Shown: positions 17,488 through 26,668, counted from the stretch's first letter. The stretch: 51,569 nt of DNA from an uncultured Phycisphaeraceae bacterium (GCA_964500365.1 CAZCPB010000002.1:1-51569); one strand, 5' to 3'. Translations and numbers: made by a program. Notes: generated by a model from the letters alone, not told the origin.

Positions 17488-20235
17488 ATGCAGCAATCGA
17501 TCGGCCCCTACCGCGTCCAGGGCGAAATCGGGCGCGGCGGCATGGGCGTGGTCTACCGCGCGATTGACTCGCGCCTCGACCGGCCCGTTGCCATCAAGGC
17601 GCTCCCCGAAGAACTCGCCGCCGATCCCGTCCGCCTCGAGCGCTTCGAGCGCGAGGCCCGCACGCTCGCCCAGGTCAGCCACCCCAACATCGCCGGTATC
17701 CACGGCGTCGAGGAGCAGGCCGGCAAGCGCTACCTCGTCCTCGAGTTCGTGGACGGCCAGACCCTCGCCGACAAGATCGACCGCGGCCCCATCGACCTCG
17801 ACGAGGCCGTCGAAATCGCCTGTCAGATCGCCGCGGGCGTCGGCGCCGCGCACGACGCCGGCGTCGTCCATCGCGACCTCAAGCCCGCCAACATCCGCAT
17901 CACGCCCGACGGGGTCGTCAAGGTCCTCGACTTCGGCCTCGCCCGACAGGAGGAAAGCAAGTCCTCGACCGGCGCGGCCGCCGCGCCGCCCGCGTCCGGA
18001 GACGATCCCACCGTCACCACGCCCCTCCACCGCCACTCCCCCACCATCGCCGGCGCCATCCTCGGCACCGCTGCGTACATGAGCCCCGAGCAGGCCCGCG
18101 GCCGTCGCGTGGACAAGCGCACCGACATCTGGTCCTTCGGCGTCATCCTCTACGAAATGCTCACGGGTGCGAGCCCCTTCGTGGGCGAGACCGCCACGGA
18201 CTCGATCGGCGCCGTCCTCCATAAGCCCGCCGACCTCACGCGCGTGCCGCCGAACGTCCGTCACGTGCTCGAACGCTGCCTCGAGCGCGACAAGGAGAAG
18301 CGATTCCGCGACATCAACGACGTCGCGATCGAACTGCGCGACGCGTTCCATGGCGGCGCCGCCGCCCCCGCCGCGAGCGCCACGACCAAGCGCACGGTCG
18401 CCGCCGCCGCACTCCTGGCCGCGCTCGCCGCGGGCGCCGGGGGGCTGGCCGTCGGCTGGTTCGGAAGGCCGGTCGCCCCAGCGCGCCCGCTGCGAGTCTC
18501 GGTCGCGGCACCGGCCGGCCACCGCATGGGCACCCCGTTCGTCACGCCCGACGGCTCGACCGTCACGTTCGGCGCCACGTCGCTCGAGCCCGGCAATCCG
18601 TGGTTCGGCTACGTCCGCAGATTGGATGACTTCGAGGCCGTCCCGATTCCCGCGTCACGGAACGGACGCGCGCCGGCCTTCAGCCCGAGCGGGCAATGGC
18701 ATTCGTTCATGTCTCCGGTCGGACAGGACGGCTCGGAACTACGCCTCGTGAAAATGGCGATCGGCAAGGATTTGCCGCCCGTGCCGATCGCGGTCATTCC
18801 CGACTGGGCCGCGGTCGCGGGGTACAACCACATCTGGATCTCCGAAGACCGGCTCCTCTTCACCGAAGGCCGCACCCAGCAGGTGCGGATCGTGAGCGCC
18901 GCGGACGGGACGATCAGTGAATCCGTGAAGCTCGACCTGGGCGATTACCCGGGCACGTACGAGCTACTCCTGTCGCGCCTGGACGACGGGCACGCGCTGT
19001 GCCGGCTTTTCAAATACGGCAGCACCGGGTACCAGCAGGACATCGGGCTCCTGGACGTGGCGACCGGGAAGGTGTCGTTGCTCCTCGAGAACTCCGCGGT
19101 GGCGCGGGTCGGCCCGGACGGGTCGCTGCTCTTCACGCGGGGCTCGACGCTCTACGGCGCGACCTGCGACCTGGAGCGCTGCAAGGTCGGCACGCCCGTG
19201 CAGCTGGTCGCGGGGCTGCGCTCGATCGGGCCGTACCAGGACGCCGACTTCCAGGTATCGCGCGACGGCACGATCGCGTTCCTTCCGGGCGGCGAGCAGG
19301 GCGCCAAGCGGCGCCTGGAGTTCCGCCTCCCTGACGGCACCTCCAAGCCGCTCCCACTCGAAGCGCGCCCGTACGAGGAAGCGCTCGCCGTGTCGCCCGA
19401 TGAGTCGCGCATGCTCGTCGTCGTGTGCTCTCCCAACAAGCTGTTTGAGATCTGGGGGACCGAGCTCGACTCGCTCCGGCTGCGGCGGCTGCGGGGGCTC
19501 TTGAACTCGGACCTGAACTATCCGCAGTTCGCCAGGGACAACGACACCTTCGTGTACATGCGCAGCGAAGGAGGAAAAGTCGGGATCGAGGCGGCGTCGT
19601 TCGATGGGCACTTCGAGCCCTACTGGGTCGTCGAGCCTGTGGATGGGTTTGTCGCACCGATGGCGGTCGATCCGGTGCGGAGCACCGTGATGTGCGTGTG
19701 GGAACGGCCGGAGGGCTACCGGCTCTACAAGACAGACCTGAAGAAGGGGGGCACGCTCTCGCCCGTGTTCAGCGATTCGGCAAACCGGACCTGGTGCGAC
19801 TTTTCGCCCGACGGTTCCATGCTCGCGTACAACAGCGACGAGACGGGTCGGGGCGAGGTGTATGTCTGCACCATCGGCGATGACGGATCGCTGGGACGGC
19901 CGGTGGCCGTCACGTCAGGCGGCGGCGACGGCGTGCGATGGATGAAGTCGCCCGGCGCCGCCGTCGCCGAGGCCGCGGAAAAAAAGGACTGCCAGCTCGT
20001 GGTCCGTAACAACAGCGGGCCCTCGTCGGTCTCCGTCACGCCCGGCGAGCGACCGCGCGTCGGTGCCGCCGAGGCGCTCGGGTACGACCGGCGCAACATG
20101 ATTGGCAGCGTCGAGCAGCTCTCCGGCGGCCGGCGGCTGGTCATCGCCCGTGGCGAGAACGAAGCCCCGCCGACGCACGCCGAGCTGATCCTGAACTGGT
20201 ACGACACCGCGAGCCGGATGATCCGCGGCAAGTGA
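17488..20235 (+). CDS. Ser/Thr protein kinase with a TM segment and a C-terminal TolB-like beta-propeller region
   Basis: 'GRGGMGVVY', 'VAIKAL', 'HRDLKPANI', 'DFGLA', 'YMSPEQ'. A hydrophobic helix (AAAALLAALAAGAGGLAVGWF) is followed by about 550 aa with repeated 'SPDG/TPDGS' blade-like motifs. Confidence 0.9.
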   Translation: MQQSIGPYRVQGEIGRGGMGVVYRAIDSRLDRPVAIKALPEELAADPVRLERFEREARTLAQVSHPNIAGIHGVEEQAGKRYLVLEFVDGQTLADKIDRGPIDLDEAVEIACQIAAGVGAAHDAGVVHRDLKPANIRITPDGVVKVLDFGLARQEESKSSTGAAAAPPASGDDPTVTTPLHRHSPTIAGAILGTAAYMSPEQARGRRVDKRTDIWSFGVILYEMLTGASPFVGETATDSIGAVLHKPADLTRVPPNVRHVLERCLERDKEKRFRDINDVAIELRDAFHGGAAAPAASATTKRTVAAAALLAALAAGAGGLAVGWFGRPVAPARPLRVSVAAPAGHRMGTPFVTPDGSTVTFGATSLEPGNPWFGYVRRLDDFEAVPIPASRNGRAPAFSPSGQWHSFMSPVGQDGSELRLVKMAIGKDLPPVPIAVIPDWAAVAGYNHIWISEDRLLFTEGRTQQVRIVSAADGTISESVKLDLGDYPGTYELLLSRLDDGHALCRLFKYGSTGYQQDIGLLDVATGKVSLLLENSAVARVGPDGSLLFTRGSTLYGATCDLERCKVGTPVQLVAGLRSIGPYQDADFQVSRDGTIAFLPGGEQGAKRRLEFRLPDGTSKPLPLEARPYEEALAVSPDESRMLVVVCSPNKLFEIWGTELDSLRLRRLRGLLNSDLNYPQFARDNDTFVYMRSEGGKVGIEAASFDGHFEPYWVVEPVDGFVAPMAVDPVRSTVMCVWERPEGYRLYKTDLKKGGTLSPVFSDSANRTWCDFSPDGSMLAYNSDETGRGEVYVCTIGDDGSLGRPVAVTSGGGDGVRWMKSPGAAVAEAAEKKDCQLVVRNNSGPSSVSVTPGERPRVGAAEALGYDRRNMIGSVEQLSGGRRLVIARGENEAPPTHAELILNWYDTASRMIRGK

Positions 20236-20274
20236 GCACCCGCGACGAGCCGATCGGCACGTCGCACGCGCCGG

Positions 20275-21318
20275 TCACTTCAGCGACGCCATGTCGATCA
20301 CGAACCGGTACTTCACGTCGCTCCGCAGCATCCGCTCGTACGCCTCGTTGATCTGGTCCATCCGGATCTTCTCGATCTGGCAGACGATCTCCTTCTTCCC
20401 GCAGAAATCCAGCATCTCCTGCGTCTCGGCGATGCCGCCGATGAGCGAGCCCGCGAGATTCCGGCGTGGCATCACGAGGCTGAAGACGTTCACCGGCAGC
20501 GGCTTGGGGGGCACGCCCACCTGCACGAGCGTCGCGTCGAGCTTGAGCAGCGCCATGTACGCGTTGATGTCGTGCTCGGCCGAGACCGTGTCCAGGATGA
20601 AGTCGAACGAGCCGGCGTGCTTGGCCATCGCGTCGGCGCCTTTCGAGATCACGACTTCCGATGCACCGAGCTTCCGACCGTCCTCGGCCTTGCCCGGCGA
20701 GGTCGTGAAGAGCACGGTGTGCGCGCCCATCGCCTTGGCGAACTTCACGCCCATGTGGCCGAGCCCGCCGAGCCCGACAATGCCCACCTTTTGACCCGCC
20801 CCGACCTTCCAGTGCTTGAGCGGCGAGTAGGTCGTGATCCCGGCACACAGCAGCGGGGCCGCCGCGGCGGGGTCCAGGTTCTCCGGCACCTTCAGCGCGA
20901 ACGCTTCGTCGCACACGATGGCCTGCGAGTACCCGCCGTACGTCATCCCGCCCGAGTGCTTGTCCGGCCCGTTGTACGTGAACGTCGAGCCCTTCAGGCA
21001 GTACTGCTCGAGGCCCTTCCTGCAGCTCGAGCACTCGCGGCAGGAATCGACCATGCACCCCACCGCCGCGAGGTCGCCGACCTTGAACTTCGTCACCTTG
21101 GGCCCGACCTTCGTGACCCGCCCGAGGATCTCGTGCCCCGGCACGATCGGGTACTGCGAGAAGCCCCACTCGTTGCGGGCGAAGTGAATGTCCGTGTGGC
21201 ACACGCCGCAGTACAAGATGTCGATCGCGACGTCCGTCGGCAGGGGTTCGCGCCGGCTGAGCGTGAACGGTCCGAGCGGACTGGTGGCGGACTGCGCGGC
21301 AAAGGCTTTGGTGGGCAT
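20275..21318 (-). CDS. zinc-dependent NAD(P)-alcohol dehydrogenase (cinnamyl-alcohol dehydrogenase/YahK-like)
   Basis: 'CGVCHTDIH', 'PGHEILG' and 'GLGGLGHMGVKFAK'. The ATG at 21318 (MPTKAFAAQ) gives 347 aa, which is typical for this family. Confidence 0.9.
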   Translation of the reverse strand: MPTKAFAAQSATSPLGPFTLSRREPLPTDVAIDILYCGVCHTDIHFARNEWGFSQYPIVPGHEILGRVTKVGPKVTKFKVGDLAAVGCMVDSCRECSSCRKGLEQYCLKGSTFTYNGPDKHSGGMTYGGYSQAIVCDEAFALKVPENLDPAAAAPLLCAGITTYSPLKHWKVGAGQKVGIVGLGGLGHMGVKFAKAMGAHTVLFTTSPGKAEDGRKLGASEVVISKGADAMAKHAGSFDFILDTVSAEHDINAYMALLKLDATLVQVGVPPKPLPVNVFSLVMPRRNLAGSLIGGIAETQEMLDFCGKKEIVCQIEKIRMDQINEAYERMLRSDVKYRFVIDMASLK

Positions 21319-21469
21319 CGATGTGCTCCCTTGTTCTGTCGAAGAGTAGACCATCGACGGTCAGTTTCATGTGCAAGAATCGATCGAGTCACGGTAAGTC
21401 TTCATGACGGGCCGTTTCCACGCGCCAAGCCCTCGCGGGCACGGCACGCCGCGCCCGAGGAGGAGTCTC

Positions 21470-22360
21470 ATGCAGATCGTTCGCGCTATTCCCGCCGCCT
21501 GCGCGCTCGCCGCCATAGTTGGAACCGTGACCCCCGTGTTCGCGTCGCTCACACTGCTCTCCGGGCCGCAGCAGGGCACGCACACCGGCAACCTGGTGAC
21601 CAACGGATCGTTCGAGTTCGGCACAAACCCACCGACCGACGGGAATTCGCCCATCGACCGGCGGTTCTGGGCGACCGGGACCTCCCTCGCGCCGTTTTCG
21701 CTACCCACGGGCTGGTCGTCGTCGGGCGTCCCCGACACGTACGCAAGCTGGGGCAACGACGGTAACGGACCGAATTACACAATCCAGCAGTCCGACGTGC
21801 TCCCCGACGGCCGCCTGGGCATGTACTTTGGGAACGGAACGGGCGTCACGAGCAATCTCCCGCCGACGTTTCATCCCGACGGATCGGTGAGTTTCCCGGG
21901 CTCTCCGACCATCACGTCGCCCAAGGGGGCGCCCGCGGTCCTATGGCAGAGTGTTCCCACCCACACGACTCTCGCACCCTCCTACATCCTGAGCTTCTGG
22001 GCGTCGGGCGAGTTTTCCGGAGACATTTTCGCCGCGGATAACGGCATCTTCGGCCTGCGCGTGACCAACTTGCTGCCCGGGGACCCGATCCAGTTCCTGA
22101 CCGTGCCCGGGCTGGGCTTTGTGTCCAAGCGCTTCGAGTTCTCGTTCACGCCGCTCGTGCCGAGCGCGCCCGTGACCGTCGAGTTCATAAACTGGGGGCA
22201 CTTTGACCTGACGGCGTGGGGCGGTCCCGGATTCACGACCGAACTCGTGCTCGACGACGTGATTGTGAACGCCGCGCCTGCGCCCGGGGCCATGAGCGTT
22301 CTGGTGCTCGGCGCGATCGTGGCCTGCCGACGCGGCACGCGCCGGCCGGCTCGAGCCTGA
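21470..22360 (+). CDS. secreted protein with a PEP-CTERM-like C-terminal sorting tail
   Basis: GGAGGAG lies 6 nt upstream of the ATG at 21470. Signal peptide MQIVRAIPAACALAAIVGTVTPVFA. The 'NGSFE' start is typical of jelly-roll/DUF642-like domains. The C-terminus is 'PAPGAMSVLVLGAIVACRRGTRR'. Confidence 0.7.
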   Translation: MQIVRAIPAACALAAIVGTVTPVFASLTLLSGPQQGTHTGNLVTNGSFEFGTNPPTDGNSPIDRRFWATGTSLAPFSLPTGWSSSGVPDTYASWGNDGNGPNYTIQQSDVLPDGRLGMYFGNGTGVTSNLPPTFHPDGSVSFPGSPTITSPKGAPAVLWQSVPTHTTLAPSYILSFWASGEFSGDIFAADNGIFGLRVTNLLPGDPIQFLTVPGLGFVSKRFEFSFTPLVPSAPVTVEFINWGHFDLTAWGGPGFTTELVLDDVIVNAAPAPGAMSVLVLGAIVACRRGTRRPARA

Positions 22361-22381
22361 ATTCCGCGTCCGGTCATGCCT

Positions 22382-22741
22382 TCAGGATTCGACGAACGAG
22401 CGGAGTCGTCCCAACGCCTCGTCCCACTGCCGCGCGATCACATCCAGGTACCGTCTGGTCTGTTCGATCCCGTCCCCCTCGACCTCCCACACGCGCTCAC
22501 GACCGAGGCGCCGGCCGCGGATCAGGCCCGCGCGCTCCAGCACCGCCAGGTGTTTGGTCACCGCCTGACGCGTCACGCCCGACCGCCTCGTCAGGCGCGT
22601 GGCCGACTGCGGCCCGGATTCGCAGAGCCTGCTCATCAGCGCCAGGCGGGTCGGGTCCCCGAGCGCGGCGAAGACAGTCGCCGGGTCCGTTGTCCTCGTC
22701 ACCGCTCGCGCCGCGAGCGATCGACGCTCACGGGTTGGCAT
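22382..22741 (-). CDS. ArsR/SmtB family transcriptional regulator
   Basis: Winged-helix pattern 'FAALGDPTRLALMSRLCESGPQSATRLTRRSGVTRQAVTKHLAVLERAGLI'. The start at 22741 overlaps the stop of the upstream SRPBCC gene by 14 nt. Confidence 0.85.
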   Translation of the reverse strand: MPTRERRSLAARAVTRTTDPATVFAALGDPTRLALMSRLCESGPQSATRLTRRSGVTRQAVTKHLAVLERAGLIRGRRLGRERVWEVEGDGIEQTRRYLDVIARQWDEALGRLRSFVES

Positions 22742-23195
22742 CGAGCCACTCCGCGATCGCCTTGACCTGGAAGTCCCAGCCACCGGAGTTGGCCTTGAAC
22801 GCTTCGGCGCGCCGGGCCAGCGGGATCTTGTCCAGGCCGCTCTCGACGACCGTCAGCAGCGTGCCGCCGCCCTTGGCGTCCTCGAGCCGGAATTCAACGA
22901 GCGTCGTCGGCTCCTTGGAATAGTCCACCTTCGGATCGACCGCGTTGGGATGCCAGCGGTACGACAGCAGCCGCTCGGGCTCGACTCTTTCGATCCAGAT
23001 TTCAAACCGCAGGTGCTCGTACCCCGGGTAGCGGCTGCGGGCCGGGACCCGCGCGCCCGGCGTGAACACGCCGTCGAAGTCGCACAGGAACCACGCACTG
23101 AACTGCTTCGAGTCGCTGATCGCCCTCCACACCCGCGAACGCGGCGCTTTCAGAGTCACCCGACGCTCGATCCTGTCGGTGGACGACCCGCTCAT
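22728..23195 (-). CDS. SRPBCC superfamily (AHSA1/Aha1-like) protein
   Basis: 'IERRVTLKAPRSRVWRAISDSKQFSAWF' is typical of the AHSA1-domain proteins that are commonly paired with ArsR regulators. ATG at 23195, with GGAAGGAG upstream. Confidence 0.8.
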   Translation of the reverse strand: MSGSSTDRIERRVTLKAPRSRVWRAISDSKQFSAWFLCDFDGVFTPGARVPARSRYPGYEHLRFEIWIERVEPERLLSYRWHPNAVDPKVDYSKEPTTLVEFRLEDAKGGGTLLTVVESGLDKIPLARRAEAFKANSGGWDFQVKAIAEWLDANP

Positions 23196-23220
23196 GGCAT
23201 GCTCCTTCCGTCGGCCGGCG

Positions 23221-23290
23221 GTTGCCAACACGCAACCGATCGGTTGCACTATACCCCGCGCGGAATCAACGTGCAACCATAAAGTTGCAC
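23221..23290. promoter_or_regulatory. cluster of TGCAAC/GTTGCA inverted repeats, a candidate operator for the SRPBCC-ArsR operon
   Basis: Perfect 16-nt palindrome gcaaccgatcggttgc (23232-23247). A second inverted repeat gtgcaac-N6-gttgcac lies at 23271-23290, and gttgc-N6-gcaac at 23221-23236. All sit 26-95 nt upstream of the operon start. Confidence 0.5.
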
Positions 23291-23309
23291 GAATTCTCGA
23301 CCGCCGGAC

Positions 23310-24365
23310 TTACCCCCGAACCCCCGTCGCGTCCTTCCACCCCGGGTCGGTCTTCCCCGCCGGGTGCAGCATCGTCCAGACCCGCTCCATCAACTCGCGC
23401 AGCCCTTTCCCCGCCGCGCCGCTGATCGCGACCACGTCCCGCCCCGGGATCATCTCGAGCGCCGCCGCCACCTTGTTGAGCACCTGCCCGCGCTCGTCCT
23501 CGCCCGGGATCAGGTCCATCTTATTCAGCGCCACGATCTCCGGCTTGTCGGCCAGTTCCTGCGAATACTGCCCCAGTTCGCGCCGCACCACGCGGTAGTT
23601 TTCAGCCGGGTCGCTCCCGTCGATCGGCGCCGCGTCCAGCAGGTGCACGATCACCCGCGTCCGCTCGATGTGCCGCAGAAACTCGTGCCCCAGCCCCACG
23701 CCGCGGCTGGCGCCCTCGATCAATCCCGGAATATCCGCCAGCACGATCCGGCGCGTCGCGTCCAGCTCCGTGATCCCAAGCTGCGGCGACAGCGTCGTGA
23801 ACGGGTAATCCGCAATCTTCGGCGTCGCCCGCGTCAATGCCGCCAGCAGCGTGGACTTTCCCGCGTTGGGCAGCCCCACGAAACCCACGTCCGCGATCAG
23901 CTTCAGCTCGAGCCGCAACTCGAACCGCTCCCCCGGCCCGCCCGGGTCCGCGTTCCGCGGCGTCTGATTCGTCGAGCTCTTGAAATGCTCATTCCCCCAC
24001 CCGCCCCTGCCGCCCTTGGCGATCACGACCCGCTCGCCCGGCAGGAGGTCGTGCATCAGTTCGCCGGTTTTGTTGTTGTACACCAGCGTCCCCGGGGGGA
24101 GCTTGATGACCAGTTCGGGCGCCGCCGCGCCGCTGCACTGCTTGCCCGTGCCCGGGTCTCCGTTCTTCGCGTCCCAGTTCGGATTGCCGCGGAAGTCGTA
24201 GAGCGTGCTCATGCCCCCTTCGGCCTGGAGCACAACCGAGCCGCCGTCGCCGCCATTGCCGCCGTCCGGCCCGCCCTTGGGCTCGTACTTTTCGCGCCGG
24301 AACGAAACGCACCCCGGGCCACCGTCCCCCGCCTTCACCGTAATGACCGCGCGATCGACGAACAT
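23310..24365 (-). CDS. obg: GTPase Obg/CgtA
   Basis: 'MFVDRAVITVKAGDGGPGCVSFRREKY', Gly-rich Obg fold, G1 'GLPNAGKST', 'DIPGLIEGA', 'NKMD'. Confidence 0.95.
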   Translation of the reverse strand: MFVDRAVITVKAGDGGPGCVSFRREKYEPKGGPDGGNGGDGGSVVLQAEGGMSTLYDFRGNPNWDAKNGDPGTGKQCSGAAAPELVIKLPPGTLVYNNKTGELMHDLLPGERVVIAKGGRGGWGNEHFKSSTNQTPRNADPGGPGERFELRLELKLIADVGFVGLPNAGKSTLLAALTRATPKIADYPFTTLSPQLGITELDATRRIVLADIPGLIEGASRGVGLGHEFLRHIERTRVIVHLLDAAPIDGSDPAENYRVVRRELGQYSQELADKPEIVALNKMDLIPGEDERGQVLNKVAAALEMIPGRDVVAISGAAGKGLRELMERVWTMLHPAGKTDPGWKDATGVRG

Positions 24366-24392
24366 GGCCGGAGCGTAGGGGCGGGCCAATGC

Positions 24393-24426
24393 AAAAACCC
24401 CCGGCCCGATCCCCGGCCCGGGGGTT
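24393..24426 (-). terminator. intrinsic terminator downstream of the PilZ gene
   Basis: Minus-strand read: cccccgggcc...ggccggggg (9 bp with one bulge, 8-nt loop), followed by UUUUU (complement of 24393-24397). Confidence 0.6.
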
Positions 24427-24449
24427 CAGCAAGGAGTCGTTCTCTGCCC

Positions 24450-24830
24450 TCAGGCGGCTCGCTTCACGAGCCCGCGCGCCAACGCCCCGTGCAGCCGACA
24501 CCGGTCGCCATCGTCGATGAACCGCGTGAACTCCGCGGCCATGCGCGTCGGGCCCGGCTCGGTCTCGTCCGTCCACACGATCTCGGCCTCGACGCCCACG
24601 ACCCGGTCGATGGTTTCGCGAGAACCGCTCAGGGGCGCGGGGAGTTCGATCTCGATCAGGACGTGCGTCCCGGGCGGCATCGGCCGGTCAAGCTCGAACT
24701 GCACGCCGCTCTCGCTGATGTCGTAGGTGTGCCCGTCCAAGCTTTCTGACTCGGTCCGCACCCGGACGGGCGTGAAGCCCGGCACGACGTGGAATCGCTC
24801 GTGACGCCGGCGGTTTGTCTGGAATTGCAC
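24450..24830 (-). CDS. PilZ domain protein
   Basis: The C-terminal 126 codons of track ORF 24450..25751 carry 'RRRHERF' (RxxxR) and 'DISESGVQF' (D-x-S-x-x-G). GTG at 24830, with AGGAG 7 nt upstream. The rest of the ORF is antisense to the isomerase gene. Confidence 0.7.
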   Translation of the reverse strand: MQFQTNRRRHERFHVVPGFTPVRVRTESESLDGHTYDISESGVQFELDRPMPPGTHVLIEIELPAPLSGSRETIDRVVGVEAEIVWTDETEPGPTRMAAEFTRFIDDGDRCRLHGALARGLVKRAA

Positions 24831-24995
24831 GGCAGGCTCCTGTACCCGGGTGTTCACGGCGGCTATCGGCCCGAACCGCCGCCCGGTTGAGCCCCCCGCG
24901 CTGCCCGCGCGCGGAAACTCTGAGTTTCCTTCAACCCCGCCGTTGGGACGCCCCGGCGCGGTACACTCGCCGCGCTCCTCTACCAGGAACTCGCC

Positions 24996-25922
24996 ATGTC
25001 CACCCCCACCCCGACCCCCGCCACCCCCCACCAGTTCGACCGGCGCGGCGCCCTGGGCGTCATCGCCGGCGCGGCAGGAGCCCTGGCCGTGCCCACCACG
25101 TCGCTCGCCCACGCGCAAGGCCAGCCCACGGCCCAGCCCGCCTCGGCCGGAAAGGTCGTAACGAGGGGCCGCCTCAAGCAGTCCGTGTGCCGCTGGTGCT
25201 TTGGAAGCGTGCCCCTCGACGCCCTCTGCAAGGCCGCCGCCGAGATGGGCCTGGTCTCCGTCGAACTGCTCAACCCCGACGAGTGGCCCGTCACCGCCGC
25301 CCACGGACTGACCTGCGCCGTCGCCAACTCGGTAAAGTCCAACCCCATCCCCAGGGGCTTCAACCGCGTCGAGCACCACGACCAGATCGTCAAGGAGCTC
25401 GAAGAGCGCCTCCCCCTGGTCAAGGCCGCGGGCATCCCCAACCAGATCTGCTTCAGCGGCAACCGCGCCGGGATGGACGACGCCGAGGGCCTGAAGAACT
25501 GCGCCAAGGGCCTGAAGCGCATCACGCCCCTGGCCGAGCGCTTCGGCGTCACGATCGTGATGGAACTGCTCAACAGCAAGCGCGACCACAAGGACTACAT
25601 GTTCGATCACGTCCGCTGGGGCGCGGACCTCGTCGCCGAGGTCGGCTCGCCGCGCTTCAAGATCCTCTACGACATCTACCACGCCCAGATCATGGAGGGC
25701 GACGTCATCCAGAGCATCTTCGACCACTGGGACGCCATGGGCCACTTCCACACCGCCGGCGTCCCCGGCCGGCGCGACCTCGACGATGCGCAGGAGCTCA
25801 ACTACCGCGGCATCTGCGAGGCCCTGGTCGCGAAGAAGTACGACGGCTACTTCGGCCAGGAGTTCATGCCCAAGGACGGCCTGAATTCGCTGCGCGCCGC
25901 CGCCGCGCTGTGTGACGTGTGA
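24996..25922 (+). CDS. Tat-signal xylose isomerase-like TIM-barrel protein (hydroxypyruvate isomerase family)
   Basis: Twin-arginine signal 'FDRRGALGVIAGAAGALAVP...AHA'. The body 'RLKQSVCRWCF...VELL...VMELLNSKRDHKDYMFD...DIYHAQIMEGD...GHFHTAG' matches the Hyi-like family pattern. Confidence 0.85.
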   Translation: MSTPTPTPATPHQFDRRGALGVIAGAAGALAVPTTSLAHAQGQPTAQPASAGKVVTRGRLKQSVCRWCFGSVPLDALCKAAAEMGLVSVELLNPDEWPVTAAHGLTCAVANSVKSNPIPRGFNRVEHHDQIVKELEERLPLVKAAGIPNQICFSGNRAGMDDAEGLKNCAKGLKRITPLAERFGVTIVMELLNSKRDHKDYMFDHVRWGADLVAEVGSPRFKILYDIYHAQIMEGDVIQSIFDHWDAMGHFHTAGVPGRRDLDDAQELNYRGICEALVAKKYDGYFGQEFMPKDGLNSLRAAAALCDV

Positions 25923-26668
25923 CGATGGCCCGCCGGACCCTCTCGCTCATCGGTTTCGGTGCCTTCGCGCGCTTCGCCGCGCCGCACCTGGCGCCGCACT
26001 TCGAAGTCCTCGCGCACGATGCCCGCGGCATCGACGCCGAGATCGCCGGACTCGGCCTGCGCCCGGTCCCCCTCGCCGAGGCGGCGGCCGCAGCAATCGT
26101 CGTCCTCGCCGTCCCCGCGCAGAATCTCGACGTCGTGCTCGCCGCCGCCGCGCCGCACGTCCGGCCCGATGCCCTCGTCCTCGACGTCTGCTCCGTCAAG
26201 ATGATCCCGCTGCGGCTCATGCTCGAGCGCCTGCCGGAGACCGCGTCCATCATCGGCACCCACCCTCTCTTCGGCCCGCAGAGCGGAAGGGACGGCATCG
26301 CCGGGCTCCCCATCGCTCTCTGTCCCGCCCGCGCTGATGCCGCGGCCGTCTCGTGCGTCCGCGACTTCCTCGCGAGCACCCTCCGCCTCCGCATCATCGA
26401 CACGACGCCCGAGGAGCACGACCGGCACATGGCGTACGTGCAGGGCCTGACCCACTACATCAGCCGCGCGATCGGGGCGCTCGAACTCCCCGATACCCGC
26501 ATGTCCACGCGGGCCTACGCGCGCCTCCTCGACATGAAGCGCGACATCGAGAACGATTCGTTCGAGTTGTTCTTGACGATCGAGCGGATGAACCCCTTTG
26601 CAGCAACCGCCCGCGTAGCGATGCGACAGCAGCTTGAGGCGCTGGAGCGATCAATATCCAAGCCTTGA
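25919..26668 (+). CDS. prephenate dehydrogenase family protein
   Basis: 'LSLIGFGAFA' Rossmann start, 'VLAVPAQ', 'DVCSVK', 'GTHPLFGP', 'EEHDRHMAYVQGLTH'. The GTG at 25919 overlaps the upstream stop (GTGA). The ATG at 25925 is an alternative start. Confidence 0.75.
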   Translation: MTMARRTLSLIGFGAFARFAAPHLAPHFEVLAHDARGIDAEIAGLGLRPVPLAEAAAAAIVVLAVPAQNLDVVLAAAAPHVRPDALVLDVCSVKMIPLRLMLERLPETASIIGTHPLFGPQSGRDGIAGLPIALCPARADAAAVSCVRDFLASTLRLRIIDTTPEEHDRHMAYVQGLTHYISRAIGALELPDTRMSTRAYARLLDMKRDIENDSFELFLTIERMNPFAATARVAMRQQLEALERSISKP

